Source of the DNA: Candidatus Woesearchaeota archaeon
GTDB taxonomy: Archaea; Nanobdellota; Nanobdellia; Woesearchaeales; GW2011-AR9
Direction: 5' to 3'
Assembly (NCBI GenBank): GCA_018696595.1
Contig: JABHQW010000008.1
Span: forward strand, 363,758-427,757
Length of the DNA stretch: 64,000 bases
Shown here: one piece after another, positions 9,170 to 17,556 of the stretch
Position numbering within the stretch: position 1 is the stretch's first letter
Layout of the letters: the number at the start of each line of letters is the position of its first letter
Made by a program: the position numbers and the translations under genes
The notes under the pieces: model-generated
Told to the model about the DNA's origin: nothing
The model's database searches: none
Seen by the model: only the letters and a program-made list of their open reading frames with translations

Positions 9170-9324
9170 GTAAGTGGGGACGTTTAATCTTCCTCCAATT
9201 TTTTATTTTTTTTCTCTTTTTTTGGGAGGGCTTTTATTTTTCTTATAATCTTTTTTCTATGTTTTTTTAATACTGTTTATTAGTTCTATAACCTTTTTAA
9301 ACTCTAGATTTTGTTACTAGCTTA

Positions 9325-10428
9325 ATGGAAATAGCAATAATTGGGGCTGGTCCAATCGGCAGTTACGCTGGTTATTTACTAGCTAAGTCTGGACATAATG
9401 TTAATATTTATGAGCGGAAGAAAGAGATTGGTAAGCCCGTTCAATGTACTGGCATATTTACTTCTGACTTTGATGGATTTTCTTTTCTAAACAAAAATAA
9501 ATTTTTAGTTAATACTATTAATAAAACGGAAATCAATTTTCCTAATGGTAGCAAGATTGCTGTTAATCAGAAAGAATATGTGGTTTGCAGAACTAAGTTT
9601 GATAACCACTTAGCTAATCTGGCTGTTACTGAAGGAGCAAAAATTTTCTTGCAACATTCATTTATTAGGAAAGAAGGTGAGAATCTAGTTGTTAAAGATC
9701 TTGCTAATGATTGTGAAAAAGAAATTAAACCAAACATAGTAATCGCTGCAGATGGCCCCTTATCAAGCGTAGCAAAAGCTTATGGTTTCTATCATCATCA
9801 GAGACAACACAATTATGGTGTGCAGGCTTTAGTGGGGGGGAACTTTGATTCTAATACAGTACAAACGTTCTTTGGTAAAGATATTGCTCCTGGTGTGTTT
9901 GTTTGGGTTGTTCCTGAGAGTTCAACCATGGCGAGAGTTGGTTTAGCTACAGAAAAAGATGCCCGTAAATACTTTGAGAAATTTGTTCAGAATAAAGATT
10001 ATGAACTCTTAGAAATGCAGGCAGGTACAATTCCTATCTATCATCCTTCACAAGAATTGGTTAAAGATAGCTGTTATTTGCTTGGAGATGCTGCTGGGTT
10101 CGTTAAAGCGACTACTCTTGGTGGTGTAATTCCTGGAATGAAACAGGCGGAAGCTTTAGTTAGATGTTTAAATGATTCTGATTTGGATTATGAAGAAGAG
10201 CTTCAACCCATCATTAGTAGGCTCAAGTTACATCTGAAAATTAGAAAAGTTCATGATCGGTTTAGTGGAGAAGATTGGGAAAAGTTAGCTACTTATTCTA
10301 ATAATCCTAAAGTTTTGAAATTATTGAACACTTATACACGGGAGAATGTAACTACGTTATTTAGAAAGATTATTTGGGCAGAGCCAAGAATGTTATATTT
10401 TAGTAAGTATTTAGGCGAATTTCTTTAA
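9325..10428 (+). CDS. geranylgeranyl reductase family FAD-dependent oxidoreductase
   Basis: IIGAGPIG Rossmann motif, PVQCTG, IAADG, LLGDAAGFVKATTLGG. Confidence 0.88.
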   Translation: MEIAIIGAGPIGSYAGYLLAKSGHNVNIYERKKEIGKPVQCTGIFTSDFDGFSFLNKNKFLVNTINKTEINFPNGSKIAVNQKEYVVCRTKFDNHLANLAVTEGAKIFLQHSFIRKEGENLVVKDLANDCEKEIKPNIVIAADGPLSSVAKAYGFYHHQRQHNYGVQALVGGNFDSNTVQTFFGKDIAPGVFVWVVPESSTMARVGLATEKDARKYFEKFVQNKDYELLEMQAGTIPIYHPSQELVKDSCYLLGDAAGFVKATTLGGVIPGMKQAEALVRCLNDSDLDYEEELQPIISRLKLHLKIRKVHDRFSGEDWEKLATYSNNPKVLKLLNTYTRENVTTLFRKIIWAEPRMLYFSKYLGEFL

Positions 10429-11151
10429 CACTCTCAGATACTTTTTATTCAATCCACCTAAGCGGAAGATAATTATTTCATTTACGTTTGCTTCTCTAGC
10501 TAACTTCAAATCCATTTCTAATTGTTCTAATTTGATATTCGGTTCATTGCCGTGGATTCCTACTGAGATTGTTCCCAATGCTACAAGATAATTCTTTCCC
10601 AGTTCTCTAACTCCTGTTTCTAATTCTTTTCTTACATATTCTTCTTTGAAATTGTGCAAAGAATGATAGATCATTTTGATTACTTTTACTTTTTTACTTT
10701 TATAATGTAAACCCCAGAATCTTAATAACAACTGGCTTAATTTACTTTCTGGATAATATTCTGCCAAATAAACTGGTTTGTTGTAATTGTGAATAAATTC
10801 CTTAATTAATGATTTGTTTCTAAAGAAATTTAGGAACTGGGTTACATAAAGAAAAGGATTTTGTCTTGTTGGCAATTCTAGGTCTAGCATTATTGCTGTT
10901 TTTTTTGTCTCTTTAAAGATTCTCTTCAAAGCCGATCTTTTGCTGAAAGGAGAAATCCAATATCCTTCGCTTCTTTTTAAAATTGGCCAGTAAATAAATT
11001 CTTTGATGTGTCTGTTCTTAATGCTTTTTTTAATTTCATTAAATTCCTTTAAAGAAGGGGCTGCTAGATATAATTTCGTTGGAAAATTGATTAATCTCAG
11101 TTTACTTAAGTTTTCTTTTGTGGGAAACTCTTCGAAAAAGCTTATTTTCAT
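10411..11151 (-). CDS. hypothetical protein
   Basis: 246-aa ORF with globular alpha/beta pattern; no confident family. Confidence 0.7.
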   Translation of the reverse strand: MKISFFEEFPTKENLSKLRLINFPTKLYLAAPSLKEFNEIKKSIKNRHIKEFIYWPILKRSEGYWISPFSKRSALKRIFKETKKTAIMLDLELPTRQNPFLYVTQFLNFFRNKSLIKEFIHNYNKPVYLAEYYPESKLSQLLLRFWGLHYKSKKVKVIKMIYHSLHNFKEEYVRKELETGVRELGKNYLVALGTISVGIHGNEPNIKLEQLEMDLKLAREANVNEIIIFRLGGLNKKYLRVLKKFA

Positions 11152-11220
11152 GGATGTTAGAATAATCTTGTTGTTAATATGTTTTTTGGAAATAAAAAAA
11201 TTAAGAAAAAAAATAAAAAA

Positions 11221-12126
11221 TTAAAAGGTAGTTCCAACAAATCCACCTAAGTTGTAATCAAGAGTTCCTTCATTTCCAACTTCAGTTAGGTCTGCAGCAG
11301 CTCCAATTTGGTATTTGTCCATTAATGTTACTCCTGCTCTTAATTTCTGAACACTAAACTGGTGGCCAGTTTCTCCAACACTAGTTAGGTCCTCTAAGTT
11401 TATTAGCAAATCAACTTTTTCTCCTAACTCTGGGCTGTAGCTTAGGTTTACTACAAACTCTCCGTCTGGGCTTTCCATTGTTTTTACTGTTGCTAAGGCA
11501 TACACTGCAAAATCTCCTAGTGCTTTGAAGTATTGCAAACCTGCTCTTGGAATTACTCCCATTCCTGGTGCTGCCTGTACTTCTCCTACAATGTCTAAGC
11601 CATCAACTAAGTTATAGCTCAAGTCCATTAAACCAAAAAAGCTTACTTCTCCTTCATAGTCTGAAGTGGTCATTTGTCTCAAGAACAAATTGGTTTTTGG
11701 AGCGATACTTGTGGACACTTTTGTGTCTAAGGTTGTTGATTGGTGTCCTGCTGATAATTCTACTGATCCGCTTGCTGGGGTTTCATCTGCTAGGCCAACT
11801 CCTGGTGCTAATATTGCACAAGCCACTCCTGCTGCATAAGCTAAGTTTCTGGGGGTGGCTAATCTTTGTAATGCTTCTTTTGCTTCTGCAGTTATTTTCT
11901 CTAAGATAGTTGGTTCTCTAACTAATGCGATCCCTCTTTTATCGCTAATAACTTTTCCTTCTCCTGCAACTTCTTGTATAATTCTCTCTTCTGCAGTAAG
12001 TGGTGCTTCAGCAACTTTTGCTTCTTCATCAATATCTTCTGGAAGATATAATCTTCCTTCGGTTTTCCAATATCTTTTTCCTCCAGTTTCAATAAGTTCT
12101 GAAGGTAAAATCATTTCATTTGTCAT
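11221..12126 (-). CDS. putative ~12-stranded outer-membrane-type beta-barrel with N-terminal extension and internal signal peptide
   Basis: SD GGAGGAG 9 nt upstream; hydrophobic segment ending GVGLA-DE at aa ~113; alternating amphipathic strands; C-terminal YNLGGFVGTTF. Confidence 0.7.
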   Translation of the reverse strand: MTNEMILPSELIETGGKRYWKTEGRLYLPEDIDEEAKVAEAPLTAEERIIQEVAGEGKVISDKRGIALVREPTILEKITAEAKEALQRLATPRNLAYAAGVACAILAPGVGLADETPASGSVELSAGHQSTTLDTKVSTSIAPKTNLFLRQMTTSDYEGEVSFFGLMDLSYNLVDGLDIVGEVQAAPGMGVIPRAGLQYFKALGDFAVYALATVKTMESPDGEFVVNLSYSPELGEKVDLLINLEDLTSVGETGHQFSVQKLRAGVTLMDKYQIGAAADLTEVGNEGTLDYNLGGFVGTTF

Positions 12127-12168
12127 TTTTCATATCTCCTCCTTTTTTAGGCAGAAAGGCAAACTGCT

Positions 12169-12188
12169 TAACTACTATTTAGTAGTTA
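12169..12188. promoter_or_regulatory. perfect palindrome, putative operator
   Basis: TAACTACTA-TT-TAGTAGTTA lying over the expected start site of the minus-strand TATA (TTTATATA at ~12197-12204). Confidence 0.65.
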
Positions 12189-12271
12189 TGTTTGTTGGTA
12201 TATAAATGCTCTCTCCCCTCGAAGGGGCGAAAAAAGAAAGATTTATAACTAAAACAAGCTTATTTAATCTA

Positions 12272-14227
12272 ATGGACTTAGAATTACTCAAAGAAATTGG
12301 TTTAACTGATGGAGAAATTAGGGTATATTTGGCTTTATTTAAGTTAGGTTCTACTTCTACTGGGCCATTAATCAAAGAATCAAAAGTACATGCATCTAAA
12401 GTTTATCCTATTTTGGATCGCTTGATAGAAAAAGGGTTAGTTTCATTTGTTAAATTGGATAAAAAAACAATTTATACTGCAAATCCTGCGACTACAATTA
12501 TTTCATATTTAGATAAATTACAGGGCAAGATTGGGCAACAAAAGAAATCCGCAGTTAATTTAATTGAGGAATTAACAAAGTTAAAAAGTTTAAATAAAAC
12601 CGAATCAGAAACAACCGTCTTTAAAGGAGCCAAAGGATTAAAAAATGCTTATAATATTGCTATCAAAGAATTAAAGAAAGGTGAAGATTGTTATGCAATG
12701 TTTTTACCTAAAGTAGCAAATAATTTACTGCCTTTTTTTGAGAAACTTATTACAGATGTTTCTAAAAAGAAAGTTAATCATTATTTGTTATACAATGAAC
12801 TCTCTCCAGAGATAGATTTGATTAAACATTTGCCTGGGACCAATGTTAGGGTTGATAGTCCCCACGGATATCAATCTCCAGCAGAAATGTGTGTTTATGG
12901 TGAATATACCATTGTCTCAACATCTGGTGGAAAAGAATATCTAACTATTTTAATAAAAGACAAGATCATTGCTAATTCTTTCAAAAATCAGTTTAAAGCA
13001 ATCTGGAATCAAGAAGTGCAAACTTTCCATGGGGTGGAGGGAATGCAATTTGCTTTCGATGAAGCCTTAAGAGCAACACCAAATGGGGCCACTAGTTATG
13101 TTTTTGGAGCAACAAAAACATCGAAGGGAACTGACAAATTACTCTTTGAATATAATAAAAGAAGAGCAGAAAAAGGAATTAAACTGAAAATATTGTTTAA
13201 TGAGGAAGCTACGAGTTCTAAAACAACAAGGTCTGCAAGAAAAGAAACAAATCCCTTGGCAGAGATAAAAATAATGCCCCATGAATCTACTCCGAGTGCT
13301 TATGAAGTTTTTCCAGATAGAGTTATTATCACAACAGCGTCTAGGGGAAATCCAACATCGATTGTGATTAAAGATAAAGAATTTGTTAAAACCTGTATCA
13401 TTCAATTTAATGAGCTTTGGAATCAGAAAACAAGAACATTTCGAGGAAAAAAAGGCGTGGAAACTATTTTTAATGAAGCTCTTAATTCTAAAGAGATTAG
13501 GTTTATTGGTGGTAATTGGGGGATGGTTAAGTATCATAAAGCATTCTTTGAGAACTGGAACCTAGAAAGGGAAAAGAAAAAAATTATGTGGTTGGATTTA
13601 GTTGATGCCGACGTTCTAATAAAACAGAAAGAGGTGCCCAAACAACTAAAACATTATCAAGTGAAAGTTCTCCCCGAACAAGTTAATAGTCCAGGGGTAA
13701 TATTTATTTATGGGAATAAAGTTGCTACAATTATTTGGAAAAAAGAAGCCATCATTAATGTTGTTGAAAGTAAAGAAACCGTTGATCATTATAAAAAATA
13801 TTTTGATTATCTTTGGGATCAAAGAATTAAGACTTATTCTGGAAAAGACGGGGTGAAGAATCTTCTTAATACTATGCTTGATACAGAATCAAAAGAGTAT
13901 TTTGCGTATGGTGGTCCTCAAAAAGCCTATGATTTATTGGGACACACTTTTTGGAAAAGTTTTCATGAAAAAAGAGTCCATAAAGGTATTGATGCTGAAC
14001 TGGTTTTCCATTCTTCTTTGGGTTGGTGGGGAGATAAACTAAATGAATTAGAATTAACTGAAGTTAGAACAACGAAAAAAGATTTTGAAGAGTTAACTGA
14101 AACCGTAATTTGTGGAAACAAAGTAGCAATTATTGTTTGGCTTGACCATCCTTTTGGAATTTTAATGGAAGAACCTCTTGCTGCGAAATCTTATCAGAAA
14201 TTTTTTGAATTAATTTGGGAAAAATAG
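12272..14227 (+). CDS. TrmB-family transcriptional regulator with four tandem effector-binding domains
   Basis: N-terminal LKEIGLTDGEIRVYLAL wHTH; four ~140-aa repeats beginning TFxGxxG and ending F..(I/L)W; TATA ~27 nt before ATG 12272 (leaderless). Confidence 0.85.
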   Translation: MDLELLKEIGLTDGEIRVYLALFKLGSTSTGPLIKESKVHASKVYPILDRLIEKGLVSFVKLDKKTIYTANPATTIISYLDKLQGKIGQQKKSAVNLIEELTKLKSLNKTESETTVFKGAKGLKNAYNIAIKELKKGEDCYAMFLPKVANNLLPFFEKLITDVSKKKVNHYLLYNELSPEIDLIKHLPGTNVRVDSPHGYQSPAEMCVYGEYTIVSTSGGKEYLTILIKDKIIANSFKNQFKAIWNQEVQTFHGVEGMQFAFDEALRATPNGATSYVFGATKTSKGTDKLLFEYNKRRAEKGIKLKILFNEEATSSKTTRSARKETNPLAEIKIMPHESTPSAYEVFPDRVIITTASRGNPTSIVIKDKEFVKTCIIQFNELWNQKTRTFRGKKGVETIFNEALNSKEIRFIGGNWGMVKYHKAFFENWNLEREKKKIMWLDLVDADVLIKQKEVPKQLKHYQVKVLPEQVNSPGVIFIYGNKVATIIWKKEAIINVVESKETVDHYKKYFDYLWDQRIKTYSGKDGVKNLLNTMLDTESKEYFAYGGPQKAYDLLGHTFWKSFHEKRVHKGIDAELVFHSSLGWWGDKLNELELTEVRTTKKDFEELTETVICGNKVAIIVWLDHPFGILMEEPLAAKSYQKFFELIWEK

Positions 14228-14237
14228 AAATAAAAAA

Positions 14238-14996
14238 TTAATCCATAATCCCATACCATTGAAGAAGAAGTCGATCTACACCTTTAACAAGGTCATAATC
14301 AGAACCATAAATCTTAATACAAGCATCACTCAGTTCAATCTTGGCTTCTTCACTTAGAACTAATTCAATTACTGGCTTATTGTCTGGGTTGTTCTCACAG
14401 CTAATGATTGGTCTCTCTTCACAACCGGTTCCTTCTTCCGTGCAAGAACCCACTGGTTTTCGGTCCATTCCTTTTACCACATTAAAACTTAATTCTGAAA
14501 CTGATAATGTGTAATATTTGTTAACAACCTTAGGGTCAATAGCAATGTGAACTTCTTCTCCCATATTGAAGTCTTGGGATAAGCTTCCTTCAATAATAAT
14601 CTCTTCCAATTCTTTTGGTCCAAAATGTAATGGTACTTTTAATAGTGTGTCAAATTTATTCATCTCTGTCCACCACAGGCCATCAACTTTAACAAAACTG
14701 TAACCATTATGCATATAACCTTCGTCTTCATCTAGATCTCCCTCTAGATTTTCTTGATGTAATGCGTCAACATCAACAACTGCAGCAGAAGTAATTCCGT
14801 TATAGAATGTTGCTCCGCCAAACATTAAAGCAAACAACCCCAAAATCACAACAACAGAAATAATAATGTTTTTAGCATCTCCTTTATCTACATCGGGGTC
14901 TTCAAGATCTTCTTTAATTGCTTTATTGATTTCAAATTGTTCTTCTCGGTCAAGTTCTTTTTCAATAACCTGGCCTATTTTGATCTCATCTTTCAT
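14238..14996 (-). CDS. membrane-anchored hypothetical protein
   Basis: Single TM near the N-terminus; extracellular domain with four Cys. Confidence 0.75.
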   Translation of the reverse strand: MKDEIKIGQVIEKELDREEQFEINKAIKEDLEDPDVDKGDAKNIIISVVVILGLFALMFGGATFYNGITSAAVVDVDALHQENLEGDLDEDEGYMHNGYSFVKVDGLWWTEMNKFDTLLKVPLHFGPKELEEIIIEGSLSQDFNMGEEVHIAIDPKVVNKYYTLSVSELSFNVVKGMDRKPVGSCTEEGTGCEERPIISCENNPDNKPVIELVLSEEAKIELSDACIKIYGSDYDLVKGVDRLLLQWYGIMD

Positions 14997-15016
14997 TTTG
15001 TATGTTAAGTGTTGTT

Positions 15017-16045
15017 TTAGTTTATATTATTTTCCATAGTTTTAGAATAATTTGCTTTAATTCTTTTTAAATAGATTTCCAACTTTTCTTTAACTTCATT
15101 TTCTAATTCCTCATTTAATTCTAATAATTCAACTTCTTTATTCCAATCAAGATCTGGCAATTTAGTTATTGTTCCTTTTAATTTTCGATTAACAGATTTA
15201 ATATCTTCCTCAATCTTGAATGCTTCTTTTGTGCCAAACATTTTTGTTGCGGGAAATTTAGTAAATGCGTTAGCTCCTGCTTTTAATAACGAACCAACTT
15301 CTTCATATCTTCTGGCAGTAGTTCCAGCAATGATTTCTAATTTTGGGAAATTGATTCTTGTTTTTGCAATCCACCAAAGATAATCTTCTGTCTTTGGTCC
15401 GTTACCATGTTCAAAGATTGTTCCTTTAACTGGTTTCAAAGCATAGAAAGTAATTCTTTCTAAATTATGTTTTTTAATGAAGTTTTTTAGTAATGGGAAA
15501 TCTTCTTTCTTTTCTCCTAATCCAATAACCATAGTCATGCTTTTCTGAAAGTCTTTTGTTTTCTCAAACATTTCCTCATAAGGTTGAATTGGTTTGTCCG
15601 GACAGATCTCATTATGTAACTTTGGTTCAATTGTTTCAATTGAAGAAACTATTCCTTTAACATAGGGTTTGAATGTTTCTAAGTCTTCTTTTTCTATTAC
15701 TCCAATGTTTAACCAAATTTTTTCTCCGTAAACTTTGCTGATTAATTTGATTCGTTCCAACATTTCTTCTTTTGGAAAGATTCTATAACCTCCCGTAAGA
15801 AATTCGATTCGCCAGCCAAGTTTCTTGCAAAGAAGTGCTTCAACTAAATCTGAACTTAATGATCTTTTGGCAGTTTTAGCATGTTGAACTTTATGTTTGA
15901 TTGTGCTTCTAAAACAGAATTTGCATGTTCCTATATCACAATACCAACTAAGAAAGATACATCTACCGTACCAAGTGGTATTTGGAAAATTGTCTTTGTA
16001 CACTTGGTTTGCTTGTTCTATTAGTTGTTGGGTTTCTTTGTCCAT
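15017..16045 (-). CDS. radical SAM protein (biotin synthase/HmdB-like)
   Basis: CDIGTCKFC cluster motif, EFLTGG, SSIET, TMVIGLGE, YALKPVKGT. Confidence 0.85.
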   Translation of the reverse strand: MDKETQQLIEQANQVYKDNFPNTTWYGRCIFLSWYCDIGTCKFCFRSTIKHKVQHAKTAKRSLSSDLVEALLCKKLGWRIEFLTGGYRIFPKEEMLERIKLISKVYGEKIWLNIGVIEKEDLETFKPYVKGIVSSIETIEPKLHNEICPDKPIQPYEEMFEKTKDFQKSMTMVIGLGEKKEDFPLLKNFIKKHNLERITFYALKPVKGTIFEHGNGPKTEDYLWWIAKTRINFPKLEIIAGTTARRYEEVGSLLKAGANAFTKFPATKMFGTKEAFKIEEDIKSVNRKLKGTITKLPDLDWNKEVELLELNEELENEVKEKLEIYLKRIKANYSKTMENNIN

Positions 16046-16126
16046 TAGAATGTTATTTTGTGGGTGTGGTTTATAAGGTTTTAGCTTACTTTTTGTGGTG
16101 ATTTTTTATGGGGAAAAATATGGCTT

Positions 16127-16615
16127 TTAATTCTTTAATAAATTAATAATTAAATCAACTGTTTCTTTTACAGAAATACTTTCTACATCAATAAGAATAT
16201 CTTTTTCTTCCGGCACGGCAAGATAAGAATAACTTTTTTTCATATATTCTTCAGAAGCGATTTTTTGTTTTCTTTTCAAATTCCTTTTTTTTGTTTCTTT
16301 TAAAGATGCTTTTAAGAAAATAGAAATAATCTTATATTTATTAGTTCTCAATTCTTTTCCTAGTTCTTTGTTAAGATCTTTTAAGAAAGACTCTTGGAGA
16401 AGGATATCCTTTTCTTTTTTAATTAAATTTTTGATTTTGGGGTAATATAATGAGTGGGCTTTAATTTTTCTTTCTGCACGTTCCAAATGATTAAATTTTT
16501 CTTTAAATTCTTCTAAATTAACATAATTAAATTTTTTTAATTTTTTAGAAAGATGTTTACAGGTAGTAGTTTTTCCCACTCCTGCTGGTCCTTTAATTAA
16601 GATTAATTTTGGCAT
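16127..16615 (-). CDS. P-loop nucleoside/nucleotide kinase-like protein
   Basis: GPAGVGKTT Walker A at the N-terminus; small NMP-kinase size. Confidence 0.8.
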   Translation of the reverse strand: MPKLILIKGPAGVGKTTTCKHLSKKLKKFNYVNLEEFKEKFNHLERAERKIKAHSLYYPKIKNLIKKEKDILLQESFLKDLNKELGKELRTNKYKIISIFLKASLKETKKRNLKRKQKIASEEYMKKSYSYLAVPEEKDILIDVESISVKETVDLIINLLKN

Positions 16616-16625
16616 TTTAAAGATA

Positions 16626-16698
16626 AGCCCCTGGTGAGAGTTGCACTCACGGTCTACTGCTTACGAGGCAGTCGCTATAGCTACTAAGCCACAGGGGC
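16626..16698 (-). tRNA. tRNA-Thr(CGT)
   Basis: Acceptor GCCCCTG/CAGGGGC; anticodon arm ACTGC-CTCGTAA-GCAGT; T arm GTGAG-TGCAACT-CTCAC; no intron; CCA not encoded. Confidence 0.9.
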
Positions 16699-16755
16699 AT
16701 GAATACTTTACTTTTATTAGCAATATTTATAAATTATACTCTTGGAAGTGATAAA

Positions 16756-17322
16756 ATGATCCAGATTGTACTCTATCAATCACAGTATGAACCGCAATTG
16801 AAAGAGTTACTGCGAGGTTTTGAAGCAGAAGTAGAACATAGATTAAGATGGCCATTTCCTTCTGCAGAAATTTCCCCCTTTGATGATCCAGAATCTTTAG
16901 ATGAAAATGATCAAGATGACGAATTAATGGAAATGGTTGAAGAGGGGGCAGAGGATGCTCTTTCACAAATTAATCAAGGGAATGATGATTGTTATTTAGC
17001 TTTATCTCCAGAAGGAAATGTTATTGGTTTCCAAGTCACTCATTTATATCACAATCAAGCAGATAAGCATGTTAAAGCAGGGGATTTAGAACTTTCCAGA
17101 TTATATGTGCATCCCGATTTTAGAAAAAATGGTATTGGCAGAATGTTAGATCAAGATTGTTTGGAAAGAGTTAAAACAGTTGATGGTATTAATAGGGTGA
17201 TTACTTTTGTTGAGAAGAATAATAGTCCTAATATTGCATTAAAAAGGGATTTAGGTTTTAGAAAAAGTACTGGGTATCAAGACGGAGCAAGGGTTTATCA
17301 TTTCTTTCAGAGAACTATTTAA
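16756..17322 (+). CDS. GNAT-family acetyltransferase
   Basis: LYVHPDFRKNGIG motif A and NSPNIALKRDLGF motif B; ATG 16756 preferred because 16699 abuts the tRNA. Confidence 0.85.
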   Translation: MIQIVLYQSQYEPQLKELLRGFEAEVEHRLRWPFPSAEISPFDDPESLDENDQDDELMEMVEEGAEDALSQINQGNDDCYLALSPEGNVIGFQVTHLYHNQADKHVKAGDLELSRLYVHPDFRKNGIGRMLDQDCLERVKTVDGINRVITFVEKNNSPNIALKRDLGFRKSTGYQDGARVYHFFQRTI

Positions 17323-17479
17323 TCTCTTTTAACATTTCTTCTTTATTCTTAAACTTCTTTTGACACTCGAAACAAACTTCATATTGTTTGCTCTTGCCTT
17401 CTTTCTTAATTATCGTTCCTTTTAATTTTCCTAAAAATAATTCAGCGATTTTATTCCCACAAATTGTACATTTAGCCAT
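17315..17479 (-). CDS. small zinc-finger protein (54 aa; not in the ORF track)
   Basis: MAKCTICGNKIAELFLGKLKGTIIKKEGKSKQYEVCFECQKKFKNKEEMLKRLK*; two CxxC pairs. Confidence 0.75.
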   Translation of the reverse strand: MAKCTICGNKIAELFLGKLKGTIIKKEGKSKQYEVCFECQKKFKNKEEMLKEIK

Positions 17480-17556
17480 TTTAGAATACTTTATGTCTTT
17501 TGATTTTTAAAACTTACCACCAAAAACCATATAAATGTAATCATTAAAATAACCCT

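Noticed and set aside
12214-12226. GC-rich mini-hairpin CCCCT-CGA-AGGGG between the divergent promoters
   Set aside because: It has only 5 bp and no second copy or supporting context.
16699-16755. N-terminal extension of the GNAT ORF from ATG 16699
   Set aside because: It abuts the tRNA 5' end and spans the divergent promoter region; ATG 16756 is more plausible.
16127-17322. Integrated element at tRNA-Thr (or tRNA-Trp)
   Set aside because: No integrase was found, and I saw no duplicated tRNA 3' end in the window.
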